DNA of 64,000 nucleotides from Candidatus Dadabacteria bacterium (GCA_007571325.1 RKRQ01000098.1:729-64728); one strand, 5' to 3'; positions 18,531-29,278 are shown, counted from the first letter of the stretch. Program-made: numbers and translations. Notes: generated by a model not told the origin, from the sequence alone.

Positions 18531-21500
18531 ATGAGAATTAAAGCACTTGAAATAGCAGGCTTTAAATCTTTTTACCTGAAGACGAAGATAGACTTCTCCG
18601 AGGGAATAACTGCCATAGTCGGTCCCAACGGCTGTGGGAAATCCAACATACTTGATGCAATAAAATGGGTAATAGGTGAACATAACCCGAGACATCTGCG
18701 CGCCGGAGGTATGGAAGCTGTTATTTCCAACGGGAGTACAGAACTCAAGCCTCTAGGAATGGCTGATGTATCACTTGTCCTTGAAGGGGTGGAAGGCTTC
18801 GGTTTTGAAGAAGTCAGAATCCGAAGAAAACTTTATCGCTCGGGAGAGAGCGAATACAGCATAAACGGTGTTAAATGCCGCCTGAAAGACGTAACGGAGA
18901 TGCTTCTTGACACCGGAATAGGTGCGAGGGCCTATTCAATTGTTGAGCAGGGACAGGTCGAATCCTTCATAATGTCAAAACCTGAAGATAAAAGAAAATT
19001 CATAGAAGAAGTTGCGGGGGTCGAAAAATATAAACTAAGAAGAAAAGAAACCCGAAGCAGAATAGAGTCAACAAGAGAGAACCTCTCTCGCGTTCTGGAC
19101 ATGAAGCGGGATATATCAGATCGCATAGAGGAAGTAGCTGTGCAGGCAAAGCGCGCAAGACAGTATGAGGAACTTACCGAACGGGCCCGCTCTCTTGAAT
19201 TCAATATTCTTTCAGCAAAGCTCCAAAACTCAGAGAAGCGGAGAAACACGCTTCTGGAAAAAAAGGTAGAGATAGAACAACTTGTCAGCTTAACCGAAGC
19301 TGAAAAAGAGAAAAAACACAGCTTGCTTCAGGACACTAAGGAGAAAAACTCCATTTCGGGAAAGCAACTCGGGTCCCTTGATAAAGAAATCTACGAACTT
19401 CGTGCACAGAAGAAAGAGAACGAATATCAAAAGGTGTTGATTGATAGGGAGATCACCGGGATTTCTGGATACTTAAGGGAAATTGAAGTCGAGATAGAAA
19501 ATCTCGTATGCGAAGTTTCGAACATGGAGGAAAAAAGCAGTCGTGCTGAGCGTCAGTCCGAGGAACTTAAAAACACTCGTCTTTCAGCTTCTGAGGAGAT
19601 CTTGCGCGACGAGCAGAATCTTGCGACCCTAAAAAGCGAATGGAATCAGAGTAAAAAGGAGCTTGAGGAAACGGGAACACTGATCTCTGATGTTATGACT
19701 AGAAGAAGTTCTCTTGGAAGCACTATAGGTGCTTTTTCGAAAGAGCTTGAAGAACTTGCCGAGAAAAAAAAGGAACTTGAAACGGAAGTTTCCACTTTGG
19801 GACTTGAAAAACTTGAGTATGAGAGCAAGCTTGATTCGCTTCGTTGTCGCGAAGGCGAAATAAAAAACGAATTTACCTCAGCCACCAAGGAAAAAGAAGA
19901 GCTTGATTCACGTCTTTACGATCTTCGTATTGAATACGAGGGTAAACTCGGAGAACTGAGAGGTCTTGAAGGTAGGCAAAAAGACTGTGTATCAAGAATG
20001 GAGGCTCTCAAAAAAATACAGAGTAATTACGAGTGGCTACCCGATGTAACGCGTAAGTTTGTTCTTGAGCGCAAACAAAAGGGCGTGCTGGGTGTCGTTT
20101 CCGATTTTGTTTCCGTTCCGAGAAATTACGAAAGAGCCGTCGAGGCTGCCTTCGGGGAGAAACTCAACTGGATAGTTGTCGAGGGGAGCACGGAGGCAGT
20201 AGCCGCTATTGAGCTTCTAAGAGAGTTTGACGCAGGGAGAGGAACCTTTATGCCGGCTACGAACCAGTTCGCCGCCCGAAACGGGAAAAGCAACGGTCAA
20301 AGAGCAAGCAATAACCACAGTACGCTTAAGACCACTTCGCTAAACAGCCTTGTTGACGTAAAGGTGATAGAAAAGAGTCTTGTCGACTCAATGCTTCAAA
20401 AAGTCTATGTAGCTTCCGACCTGCAAGAAGCTATCATGCTTAAAAGCCGAACGGCAAACGGTGTGTGTTTTGCCACCCTTGAGGGAGACTACTTGGATTC
20501 TAATGGAGCGATAACGGGCGGGAAATCTTCGGCGGGAGTGTTTGAGAGAAAAAGAGAGATTGAGGAACTTGAGGAACAGATACAAATCCTTTCAGACCAC
20601 GTTGGAGAGTCAGAATCGGCCTGCAAAACAATTCAAGAGGAGATGGATAGACTTGAGAGCAGGAGCGCAGAGGTCAAGGAGCTTCTTCGGTGCTGTGAAA
20701 TAAGTTCTGTTGAAAACGCAAAGGACCGATCAAATGTGGAAACTAAAATAGAGGAAATGGAGATGAAAACCGAACACCTCGACACGCAACGCGACGACCT
20801 TGAGCGTAAGCTCGGTAGTAAAAACCGAACCGTCGAGGAAATGGGATTGCTTATAGAACAGCTTGACGGTCAGAGAAATGCCCTTGAATTGAAGTATGGA
20901 GAAATCGAAAAACAGGCTCTTGAGTTTGCTGAGAAAGAAAACGTGTTTCAGGAGAAAATCACTAAACTCAGGATAGAAAACGCAGGAGTTCTTGAAAGAG
21001 AAAAGGCTCTTGAACATGAGATATCGGAAGCCGAGAGAATAAAAGCTGTTATCAAAGATAAGCTTTCGCTTAGAAAAAAAGATGTGGAACTCAAAAAACG
21101 CGAGAGGGAAGAGTGTGTATTGTCAAAATGTAAGACAGAAGAGGGATTTGAGAAAATTTCCCGCGAGCTGAGCCTGAGGGAAAAGTCGTTTGGGGAACTC
21201 AAGGACAAAGTATCACGTTACGAAGAGGAACTCCAAATAAATGAAGAAGAATTTGAAACTGCTTCTAGGAAGCTCTATTCAAGCAGGGAACAGCTTGCCT
21301 CCGCACAGGCTCAGCTTGAACGCGCGGAAGATGAGTTTGGGTATTTAAGTGAACAGTACAAAGTTTCATTCGGTGACTGTCCCCCTAATATATCGAAGGA
21401 AACTGGTCCCTCCGAAGTTTCAATACCCGAGGGAGAGAAAGAACTTAAGACGCTTCGAAGACGCATAGAAAAATTCGGTCCCGTTAATCTGCTGGCGCCC

Positions 21501-22070
21501 GAGGAGTTTGATAAACTTGAAGAGAGAAACGGTTTTCTTCAGAATCAGACAGACGACCTAGCCCGAGCGCTCGATTATCTTGAAAGCGCTATAAGGAAAC
21601 TCGACAGGGAGTCGGTTTCGAGGTTCAAAGAGGCGTTTGAAGCCGTGAACAAGAAATTCTCAGAGACTTTCTGCAGGCTTTTTGAAAACGGTGAGGCACG
21701 CCTTGAACTTGTAGACTCCACAAACCTGCTTGAAAGCGGAGTTGAGGTCATGATCAGGCCTGGGGGGAAGAAATTCCAACCCATAAACCTTCTGTCAGGA
21801 GGAGAAAAAGCCCTTTCGGCCATAGCAGTGATAATCTCTGCGTGCCTTGTAAAGCCCGTTCCTTTTGTTTTCCTTGATGAAATAGATGCCGCGCTGGATG
21901 AAGTGAACACCGTTAGATTCAATAAAATCCTGAACACGATCTCATCCCACTCCCAAGTTGCTGTTATCACGCATAACAGAACAACTATGCAAGAAGCCAG
22001 TGCACTTATAGGTATAACCGCAGATGGCACCGCAGCTTCTAGGGTAGTAAGCGTGAATCTTGACTCCTAA
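18531..22070 (+). CDS. smc: chromosome segregation protein SMC
   Basis: About 1179 aa: MRIKALEIAGFKSF...GPNGCGKSN Walker A, long coiled coils, hinge, and C-terminal LSGGEKAL...FVFLDEIDAALD. ATG at 18531 is preferred over the track's upstream start at 18462. Confidence 0.95.
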   Translation: MRIKALEIAGFKSFYLKTKIDFSEGITAIVGPNGCGKSNILDAIKWVIGEHNPRHLRAGGMEAVISNGSTELKPLGMADVSLVLEGVEGFGFEEVRIRRKLYRSGESEYSINGVKCRLKDVTEMLLDTGIGARAYSIVEQGQVESFIMSKPEDKRKFIEEVAGVEKYKLRRKETRSRIESTRENLSRVLDMKRDISDRIEEVAVQAKRARQYEELTERARSLEFNILSAKLQNSEKRRNTLLEKKVEIEQLVSLTEAEKEKKHSLLQDTKEKNSISGKQLGSLDKEIYELRAQKKENEYQKVLIDREITGISGYLREIEVEIENLVCEVSNMEEKSSRAERQSEELKNTRLSASEEILRDEQNLATLKSEWNQSKKELEETGTLISDVMTRRSSLGSTIGAFSKELEELAEKKKELETEVSTLGLEKLEYESKLDSLRCREGEIKNEFTSATKEKEELDSRLYDLRIEYEGKLGELRGLEGRQKDCVSRMEALKKIQSNYEWLPDVTRKFVLERKQKGVLGVVSDFVSVPRNYERAVEAAFGEKLNWIVVEGSTEAVAAIELLREFDAGRGTFMPATNQFAARNGKSNGQRASNNHSTLKTTSLNSLVDVKVIEKSLVDSMLQKVYVASDLQEAIMLKSRTANGVCFATLEGDYLDSNGAITGGKSSAGVFERKREIEELEEQIQILSDHVGESESACKTIQEEMDRLESRSAEVKELLRCCEISSVENAKDRSNVETKIEEMEMKTEHLDTQRDDLERKLGSKNRTVEEMGLLIEQLDGQRNALELKYGEIEKQALEFAEKENVFQEKITKLRIENAGVLEREKALEHEISEAERIKAVIKDKLSLRKKDVELKKREREECVLSKCKTEEGFEKISRELSLREKSFGELKDKVSRYEEELQINEEEFETASRKLYSSREQLASAQAQLERAEDEFGYLSEQYKVSFGDCPPNISKETGPSEVSIPEGEKELKTLRRRIEKFGPVNLLAPEEFDKLEERNGFLQNQTDDLARALDYLESAIRKLDRESVSRFKEAFEAVNKKFSETFCRLFENGEARLELVDSTNLLESGVEVMIRPGGKKFQPINLLSGGEKALSAIAVIISACLVKPVPFVFLDEIDAALDEVNTVRFNKILNTISSHSQVAVITHNRTTMQEASALIGITADGTAASRVVSVNLDS

Positions 22071-22179
22071 AAACTCCCGGAGAAATTCCTTGTCTATTTT
22101 CTATGGATTATTACACTGTTTTAAGAGTAATGTTCCCGCATGTCTTGGTACTGTTTAGCAAAGGAGACTGCTTCAGCAC

Positions 22180-25035
22180 ATGATTTCTTACGTGCTAAAA
22201 AAAATAGTTGGTTCACAGAATGAGAGGGAAGTGAAAAAGCTCGGCGACTTAGCCAAGCAGATAAACGCCCTTGAAGAGGCCTTGGTCCAAGTTCCTACTT
22301 CGGAACTTCAAATGAAAACTGCGCAATTCCGGGAACTGATCCTCTCCCGCCTCGGTTCAAACGGGAACCCAGCCGACGAGAAATACTTTGAGGAAAGGGA
22401 AAGGGTGCTAGAGGAAATTCTTCCCGAGGCATTTGCGGTAGTTAGGGAAGCATCAAGAAGAACGATAGCCATGAGACATTTCGATGTCCAGCTTATAGGA
22501 GGAATAGTTCTTCACAAAGGCAGAATAGCCGAGATGAGAACTGGGGAAGGAAAGACTCTGGTGGCCGTCCTTCCTCTTTATCTTAACGCTCTTACCGGAC
22601 TTGGTTCTCATCTAGTCACAGTAAACGATTACCTAGCCGCAAGGGACGCCAATTGGATGTCACCGGTTTTCATGGTTCTTGATATGAAAGTCGGGGTTAT
22701 AAATCATGACGCATCCTACGTGCTTGCCTGGGAAGACCCGAAACGGGCTGAAGAATCCATAGAGAAGAATTTGACTGCATGGCCTAATGAGTACGTTGCA
22801 AGCGATATTCTTCCCGAAAAAAATCTTGAGATCATCAATTTCTTCAAAACCTGCCTCGCACCCTCTTCAAGGCAGGATGCGTACGAGGCAGATATCACTT
22901 ATGGCACTAACAACGAATTTGGTTTTGACTACCTGCGCGACAACATGAAATTTTCCCTTAAAGACTATGTTCAACGCGGCCACAATTTCGCCATAGTGGA
23001 CGAGGTAGACAGCATTCTTATAGACGAGGCGAGAACCCCTCTTATAATTTCGGGACCTTCGGAGGACTCAACCGATCTTTATTACAAGGTGGATAGGGTA
23101 GTAAAAACGCTTTCAAAGCAAAGCGATTTCACAATGGATGAGAAATCAAGACAGGTGGATTTGAGTGAAGAAGGGGTTTCCAAAGTGGAAAAGGCTCTTG
23201 ATATCCCCAATTTATATGACCCGGTTAATCTCAAGGTTCTTCACCACGTGAACCAGTCTCTTCGTGCCAATACCCTTTTCAGTCGCGACGTCGACTACAT
23301 GGTGCAGGATGAAAAGGTTGTTATAGTCGACGAGTTTACGGGACGGCTAATGCCTGGTCGTAGGTGGAGTGACGGGCTTCATCAGGCTGTTGAAGCCAAA
23401 GAAGGGGCGAAAATCGAAAGTGAAAACCAAACGATGGCCACCATAACTATCCAGAACTATTTTAGGATGTACAAAAAACTTGCCGGGATGACCGGTACTG
23501 CTGACACCGAGGCCTTTGAGTTCAAGCATATATACGATCTTGATGTTACGGTGATACCAACTCACAAGCCGCTCGTAAGAAAGGATTATGACGATGTTAT
23601 CTATAGAACCGAGCGTGAGAAGTTCAATGCGGCGTGTGCCGAGATAGAGGAATTGAATTCTTGTGGAAGACCAGTGCTTGTTGGCACTTCATCAATTGAA
23701 CAGTCGGAGAAACTTAGTGCTTATCTTGAAAAAATGGGTCTTCGACACAACATCTTAAATGCCAAGCAACATGGAAAGGAGGCAGAGATCGTTGCCCAGG
23801 CTGGCAGGAAGAGAGCGATAACCATAGCAACCAACATGGCAGGGCGAGGGACGGACATACTGCTTGGCGGAAACCCCGAGTTTCTGGCTAGAGATATTCT
23901 CAGGAAGAAATTCGGAACTCGGTCCGACGAAGTGGAGCAAAAGGAGTATGAGGAAGCGCTGTTTGAAGCGAAATCAATCTGTGATTCCGAAAAAGAAGAA
24001 GTAAAGGAACTCGGCGGTCTTCATATTCTCTCGGTGGAAAGACACGAGGCCAGAAGAATAGATAATCAGTTCAGAGGAAGAGCGGGAAGACAGGGAGATG
24101 ATGGGTCTTCAAGATTCTATGTCTCGCTTGAAGATGATCTTATGCGCATTTTCGCCTCTGAAAAAATAACGGGTGTTATGGATAAGCTAGGTTGGCAGGA
24201 AGGAGAGCCGATTGAGCACTCAATGATAACTAGGTCGATTGAAAACGCGCAAAAAAAAGTTGAGGGAAGGAATTTTGACATACGTAAGCATCTTTTAAGG
24301 TATGACGATGTGCTCAATACGCAAAGGGATGTTGTCTACAAGCAACGTCGCGAGATTCTTGAAGGTGGAGAGAGTCTCAGGGAAATGCTTTTTTCTTTTC
24401 TAGAAGATGTTGCGCGGGACATAGTGGGTAATTACCTAGCGGAGCGTGGTGACCGCTCGGAATCGGATTTCTCCGAACTCTCTGAAATTCTTGGAAGAAT
24501 ATTCGGAACGCAAATCGATATAGAAGTTAATGCAAATGCAGATGTGGAAACAATAAAGGATGAAATTGTGACCAAGCTGGTCGCTGTATACCAGGAAAAA
24601 CAAGAGAAGATAGGTTCTGAAAACCTCTCGCAGGTTGAGCGTTACGTCATGCTTCAGCACATAGACTATCTCTGGAAGGAGCATCTTCTTAACATGGATC
24701 ACCTGAGAGAAGGAGTGGGACTCAGGGGGTACGCTCAGAAGGATCCACTGCGAGAGTATACGAAAGAAGGTTTCGACATGTTTACCATCATGATGGATAA
24801 GTTCAATATGGATGTCTGCTCGAATCTCTTCAGAATACAACCGGCAAGCGAAGAGCACATTAGGGAACTTGAAAATCGAAGACAACTTGAGGAAAGAAAT
24901 GTAGTTCTCAGTCGGGGGAATGATTCAGAAGAAAAAACCAGGACCCCGGTTAGGAGAGTACAGAAAAAAGTCGGTAGGAACAGTCCGTGTCCTTGTGGCA
25001 GTGGCAAAAAATACAAAAAATGTTGCGGTCGTTGA
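22180..25035 (+). CDS. secA: preprotein translocase ATPase SecA
   Basis: 951 aa with MRTGEGKTL Walker A, DEVDSILIDEARTPLIISG and the C-terminal zinc motif CPCGSGKKYKKCCG. Confidence 0.97.
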   Translation: MISYVLKKIVGSQNEREVKKLGDLAKQINALEEALVQVPTSELQMKTAQFRELILSRLGSNGNPADEKYFEERERVLEEILPEAFAVVREASRRTIAMRHFDVQLIGGIVLHKGRIAEMRTGEGKTLVAVLPLYLNALTGLGSHLVTVNDYLAARDANWMSPVFMVLDMKVGVINHDASYVLAWEDPKRAEESIEKNLTAWPNEYVASDILPEKNLEIINFFKTCLAPSSRQDAYEADITYGTNNEFGFDYLRDNMKFSLKDYVQRGHNFAIVDEVDSILIDEARTPLIISGPSEDSTDLYYKVDRVVKTLSKQSDFTMDEKSRQVDLSEEGVSKVEKALDIPNLYDPVNLKVLHHVNQSLRANTLFSRDVDYMVQDEKVVIVDEFTGRLMPGRRWSDGLHQAVEAKEGAKIESENQTMATITIQNYFRMYKKLAGMTGTADTEAFEFKHIYDLDVTVIPTHKPLVRKDYDDVIYRTEREKFNAACAEIEELNSCGRPVLVGTSSIEQSEKLSAYLEKMGLRHNILNAKQHGKEAEIVAQAGRKRAITIATNMAGRGTDILLGGNPEFLARDILRKKFGTRSDEVEQKEYEEALFEAKSICDSEKEEVKELGGLHILSVERHEARRIDNQFRGRAGRQGDDGSSRFYVSLEDDLMRIFASEKITGVMDKLGWQEGEPIEHSMITRSIENAQKKVEGRNFDIRKHLLRYDDVLNTQRDVVYKQRREILEGGESLREMLFSFLEDVARDIVGNYLAERGDRSESDFSELSEILGRIFGTQIDIEVNANADVETIKDEIVTKLVAVYQEKQEKIGSENLSQVERYVMLQHIDYLWKEHLLNMDHLREGVGLRGYAQKDPLREYTKEGFDMFTIMMDKFNMDVCSNLFRIQPASEEHIRELENRRQLEERNVVLSRGNDSEEKTRTPVRRVQKKVGRNSPCPCGSGKKYKKCCGR

Positions 25036-25057
25036 TAATTCTGAACAAGGTGTTTTA

Positions 25058-25324
25058 ATGGCGAGAAAGATCTACGTTGATAAGGGAAGGATTTCTTTTT
25101 TCTCTCTTCCGTTTATCACACTTTTTGTTGTTGCAACCATCGGTCTTTTCGCATTTTTTGGTGTCTTGGCCCTGGTTGGGGCTGCTGTACTGGGATGTGG
25201 AGCTTCGGTTTTGAGGAGACTGTTTTCTGGAAAGGATAAGGAGATAGGTCCACGCATTGGCGGAACCGAAGGAGATACTATTACCCTCGGGGAGGATGAT
25301 TACAAAATCAGGGATATCGACTAG
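25058..25324 (+). CDS. hypothetical small membrane protein (88 aa)
   Basis: ATG at 25058, just after the secA stop. Two hydrophobic segments (FFSLPFITLFVVATIGLFAFFGVLALVGAAVLG). The track's longer form (24920) overlaps secA and was trimmed. Confidence 0.45.
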   Translation: MARKIYVDKGRISFFSLPFITLFVVATIGLFAFFGVLALVGAAVLGCGASVLRRLFSGKDKEIGPRIGGTEGDTITLGEDDYKIRDID

Positions 25325-25347
25325 TCAATTACAGAACAGAATTGGCA

Positions 25348-25626
25348 TCAAGCTACTTTTTCTATTTCCTCAGCCAAAATCAAGTCTTTTTCCGTTATTC
25401 CTCCCTCGCTATGGGTTGAAAGCGTGATGGAAACTTTGTTCCACCGAATCAGAATATCGGGGTGATGGTCCGCTTTTTCAGAAAGAAGAGCGATTTTATT
25501 TACAAAACCCATGGAATTAACGAAATTCTTTAGAACAAATGTCTTTTCTATCTGTTCTCCCTTTCTCTGCCATCCATTAAGTTTTTTAAGTACGCAAGAA
25601 ATTTTTTCTTCGGTTAAAAGTGCCAT
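25348..25626 (-). CDS. 4a-hydroxytetrahydrobiopterin (pterin-4-alpha-carbinolamine) dehydratase
   Basis: 92 aa from the ATG at 25626, with AAGGAG 7 nt upstream. Motif EKADHHPDI...W..V...L.TH is typical of PCD/DCoH. Confidence 0.85.
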   Translation of the reverse strand: MALLTEEKISCVLKKLNGWQRKGEQIEKTFVLKNFVNSMGFVNKIALLSEKADHHPDILIRWNKVSITLSTHSEGGITEKDLILAEEIEKVA

Positions 25627-25673
25627 ATATTTTCTCCTTGCGAAATTATATATTAACCGGGGTGAGTATTCCA

Positions 25674-26186
25674 TTGAATAAATCAGAAGCTTTGCCTAGT
25701 GCCGTTTTCATAGGTATTGGAGCAAACATCGGTCCCGTTTCTAAAAACTTTGCCCGTGCTCTAGCTAACATAGAAAAATACGCCCGCGTTTTGGCCCTAT
25801 CTTCTCTTTACGAATCGGATCCCGTGGGACCGCAAGACCAGCCAAAGTTTACAAATGCCGTGATCAAAGTGGAAACAAGACTTTCCCCTTTTAAACTTCT
25901 GCTTCTTCTACAGACAATAGAAAAAGAGATTGGGAGAGAAAAAACTGTTTTATGGGGACCGAGGGTAATTGATCTTGACATAATTTTCTACGGGGATCTG
26001 ATAATAAACACCGATTCTCTCGTGATCCCTCATCCTAAAGCGCATGAAAGAAGATTTGTAATGGAACCCTTGCTTGAGATAGAGCCAACTGCCTGGCATC
26101 CAGCGAAAAAGATGGCGATAAGAGATATCTGTGCTCAGCTTAAGGATTCTCAGATGATTCTGAAAACTGACTTTCCAAGGTTTTAG
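25674..26186 (+). CDS. folK: 2-amino-4-hydroxy-6-hydroxymethyldihydropteridine diphosphokinase
   Basis: AVFIGIGANIG..., SSLYESDPVGPQDQPKFTN, WGPRVIDLDII, PHPKAHERRFV. Start is uncertain: TTG at 25674 is preferred, and the track gives 25620. Confidence 0.85.
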   Translation: MNKSEALPSAVFIGIGANIGPVSKNFARALANIEKYARVLALSSLYESDPVGPQDQPKFTNAVIKVETRLSPFKLLLLLQTIEKEIGREKTVLWGPRVIDLDIIFYGDLIINTDSLVIPHPKAHERRFVMEPLLEIEPTAWHPAKKMAIRDICAQLKDSQMILKTDFPRF

Positions 26187-26196
26187 CTGACCTTGG

Positions 26197-27060
26197 TTAA
26201 GGATATTTATCCCCAGCGAATATCTCTGCTGCCTTAAGAGTGTTCCAAAGAAGCATGGTTATGGTCATCGGTCCCACTCCCCCAGGAACCGGCGTTAGGT
26301 AGGAGGCTTTTTCCTTTACGTCCTCGAAGTCAACATCCCCGACGATCTTTCCAGTCTCGTTTCTGTTGATTCCGACGTCAACTATAACCGCTCCGTCCTT
26401 TACCATCTCCTTTTTTATAAACTGGGGATCGCCTATGGCTACTATCAGTATATCCGCCGCAGTGGTTATGGGTCTTAGGTTCTCGGTTTCAAGATGTGCT
26501 ATGGTAACTGTGGCATCCCGGTTTAACATCACCGCGGCGGCGGGTTTTCCCACTATATTGCTTCTTCCTACGACTACAACATGTTTTCCATATATCTCTA
26601 TGTTGTAGTAATCAAGAAGTTTTTCTATTCCATACGGTGTGCAGGATACTAGACCGGGTTCTCCTTGAAGAAGTTTTCCTGTGTTTTCAGGGTGAAAACC
26701 GTCGACATCCTTGACAGGAGATACCTTTCTTATTGCTTTTGTGGGGTCTATATGAAGTGGAAGTGGAAGCTGTACAAGTATGCCATGTATGCTTTTATTT
26801 ATATTTAGTTGATTTATCAATGAAAGAAGCTCATTTTCTGTAGTTTCTTCCGGAAGATTGTATTCCTCTGAATGCATTCCACATCTTCCACAAGCCGTTC
26901 TCTTGTTCCTAACGTATATTTCAGACGCGGGGTCGTTGCCTATTAGGATAGAGGCAAGACCGGGCACTATCCCAGTGCGTTCTTTTAATTCCTTGGTCTT
27001 TCTGATTATCTCTTTCTCAGTGTCTTGGGCGACCTTTCTGCCGTCCATGATCTTAGACAT
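26197..27060 (-). CDS. folD: bifunctional methylenetetrahydrofolate dehydrogenase/methenyl-THF cyclohydrolase
   Basis: 287 aa with GILVQLPLP, VVVVGRSNIVGKP and TPVPGGVGPMT. Confidence 0.95.
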   Translation of the reverse strand: MSKIMDGRKVAQDTEKEIIRKTKELKERTGIVPGLASILIGNDPASEIYVRNKRTACGRCGMHSEEYNLPEETTENELLSLINQLNINKSIHGILVQLPLPLHIDPTKAIRKVSPVKDVDGFHPENTGKLLQGEPGLVSCTPYGIEKLLDYYNIEIYGKHVVVVGRSNIVGKPAAAVMLNRDATVTIAHLETENLRPITTAADILIVAIGDPQFIKKEMVKDGAVIVDVGINRNETGKIVGDVDFEDVKEKASYLTPVPGGVGPMTITMLLWNTLKAAEIFAGDKYP

Positions 27061-27291
27061 ATTCAGCCCCCTTTTTTGGAAAATAGTCTAGTTGGAAAGG
27101 CCGTTAGTATAATCAATTTCTTTAGGTTAATCCATATTGTATCAGCTTTGCGTAGGGAGTTTTGACTGTGCTCTACAACTATGCGCTTGGGAAAAAATCA
27201 AAAGGAAAATGGTAATAGAATTAAAGATACTGAGTACGAGTAGTTACGTCTACTGTAGTTGAGCTTGAGCTAAAGATCACAGAAAACACGC

Positions 27292-27320
27292 AGTCCTGTT
27301 CCTTAATTAGGACTTTTTTT
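27292..27320 (+). terminator. weak rho-independent terminator-like hairpin in the folD/acd intergenic region
   Basis: AGTCCT (27292-97), 11-nt loop, AGGACT (27309-14) running into T7 (27314-20). The stem is only 6 bp. Confidence 0.35.
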
Positions 27321-27426
27321 AACGCGTATTTGGAGTTCATCTATCTGATAGTCAGTTAAACTCTTATTAGAATATTTAACTCTGGCTTTGCAAAAGGATA
27401 ATTTTTTACCACGAGGAATTGATAGA

Positions 27427-28641
27427 ATGCGTAGGTTGCCCTCAAGAATGCAGACAAAGCTTTACAAGGATCACTTTTTTCCCGAGGAAACAAGGGAAAT
27501 AAGACAGAAAGTGAGGACTTTTGCGGAAAAAGAGGTCTTTCCCCTAGCCTGGGATATAGGAGAGCGAACCGAGAAGAACGAGAACTTTCCTCATGAGCTT
27601 TTCAGGAAGATGGCGTCCGAAGGGCTTTTTCGTATTCCTTTTTCGAAAGACGATGGAGGACTGGGTCTTTCCTACCCAGCGTGCGGGGCCGCGGTCATGG
27701 CCGAGGAACTGGCCTATATAAGCGCCAGCGTTGCAGGAACCATAAACGCTCACTTCCTACTTTCGGGAAAGACTCTTGCCATGGGTTCATCCCGCATAAA
27801 GGAAAAATATCTCGCTCCCGCGCTTGATGGAACTTCGGTTGCGTCATTTGCTATGACAGAACCCCAGTCGGGTTCTGACGTAAGGACTGAGTCTCTTGTT
27901 ACAAAAGCCCGCAAGAAGGGCGAAAAATACGTTATAAATGGCCGCAAGCGCTATATAACTAACGCTGGAGTGGCGGATTTTGTGACCTTGCTCGCAAGTG
28001 TGAAAGACAAATCCATAATGATAGTGGTTGATCTTGATTCGCCGGGCTGTTCTGTCAGTGCTCCAGACAAGAAACTGGGAAACAGGGGAGAACTTACATA
28101 CGACATATATCTAGAAGATGTAGAGGTTCCTAGGGAAAACCGCATAGGGGAAGAGGGGGAAGGTCTTAGAGTGGCCGTAAACTCTCTTCTTTACGGAAGG
28201 ACCGGGATAGGAGCAAGCGGAGTCGGAATGGCTCAGTCAGCGTTTGATGAATGTGTGGAGTTTATGAACGAAAGGGAGGCTTTTGGCAAAAAGATAGCGG
28301 ATTTTCAGTACTGGCAGTTTCTGCTTGCACAAAGGGCCGTGGAGATAGAAAATGCAAGAAATCTGTATTTAAAAGCAGCTCTTTGTCTTGACAAGGGAGA
28401 TTCTTTCCCGACATTCGAGACATCCGCCGCCAAATACTATGGCTCCGATATAAGCGTTACCATGGCGCGTGACGCGATTCAAATATTTGGAGGTCTCGGC
28501 CTTATGGTGGAACTTGCCCATGATTCTTCTACCTATAAGGTTCAAGAGATTTACAGGGACTCTAAAGTTGGCGAGATCTATGAAGGTACAAACGAGATAC
28601 ATAAAATGATAATAGCTAGGTCCATTTTCGGAAAGAGGTAG
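27427..28641 (+). CDS. acyl-CoA dehydrogenase
   Basis: About 404 aa with typical ACAD N-, middle- and C-domains (AMTEPQSGSD, YITNAGVAD, IYEGTNEI). ATG at 27427 has GAGGA 9 nt upstream; the track start is TTG at 27388. Confidence 0.9.
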   Translation: MRRLPSRMQTKLYKDHFFPEETREIRQKVRTFAEKEVFPLAWDIGERTEKNENFPHELFRKMASEGLFRIPFSKDDGGLGLSYPACGAAVMAEELAYISASVAGTINAHFLLSGKTLAMGSSRIKEKYLAPALDGTSVASFAMTEPQSGSDVRTESLVTKARKKGEKYVINGRKRYITNAGVADFVTLLASVKDKSIMIVVDLDSPGCSVSAPDKKLGNRGELTYDIYLEDVEVPRENRIGEEGEGLRVAVNSLLYGRTGIGASGVGMAQSAFDECVEFMNEREAFGKKIADFQYWQFLLAQRAVEIENARNLYLKAALCLDKGDSFPTFETSAAKYYGSDISVTMARDAIQIFGGLGLMVELAHDSSTYKVQEIYRDSKVGEIYEGTNEIHKMIIARSIFGKR

Positions 28642-28777
28642 TTCTGCTTTGGAGTTGGTAGGTGTGGAAAACCACAACATTAATAGCCTGAAAAATCCCC
28701 AGGACCGCCTATGGCGCAATATTGTTGTCAATACAAAAGAGGTTTCTTCTCGGGAAAAGAAAAGAGTCAGAGACGAT

Positions 28778-29278
28778 ATGCGTATTGTCTATGGGGTTCA
28801 TGGCACACAGTTTGGAAGATGCCTTGTAGGGGTTTGCCAAGAAGGTATATGCTATATGAGTTTTTTTCTCTCCGATGTCAAAACCCACATAGGGAAATTC
28901 AAGAAGATATGGCAGAATCCAGAGAATAGAAGGGATGATGAAAAAACTTTTAAAGAATTGAAAGGAATATTTTTCTCTAATAAAAAACAGAAGCCTGAAA
29001 TACTGCTTCTTGGAACACGGTTTCAGAACAGAGTCTGGAAGAAGCTTCTGGAAGTTAAAGAAGGGGAAGTCCTTTCCTATTCAGACCTTGCAGAATTAAT
29101 TGGAGAGCCTAGGGCTGTAAGAGCCGTATCAAACGCCGTAGCGAACAATCCGGTTGCTTATCTGGTACCATGTCACCGCGTCCTGGGTAAAACAGGCGAC
29201 CTTCACGGTTACCGCTGGGGTTTAGATATAAAAAAGGCAATTCTTGAATACGAAGGAGTCAATCTGGGTTCAAACTGA
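28778..29278 (+). CDS. ogt: methylated-DNA--protein-cysteine methyltransferase
   Basis: Active-site VPCHRV plus RAVSNAVANNP helix-turn-helix region. ATG at 28778 gives a normal 166-aa Ogt; the track's 28649 start adds 43 unrelated residues. Confidence 0.85.
   Translation: MRIVYGVHGTQFGRCLVGVCQEGICYMSFFLSDVKTHIGKFKKIWQNPENRRDDEKTFKELKGIFFSNKKQKPEILLLGTRFQNRVWKKLLEVKEGEVLSYSDLAELIGEPRAVRAVSNAVANNPVAYLVPCHRVLGKTGDLHGYRWGLDIKKAILEYEGVNLGSN

Noticed and set aside
24920-25057. Track ORF 24920..25324 overlaps the 3' end of secA in another frame.
   Set aside because: The overlap region is accounted for by the conserved SecA zinc-finger tail. The internal ATG at 25058 after the secA stop gives a coherent two-TM protein.
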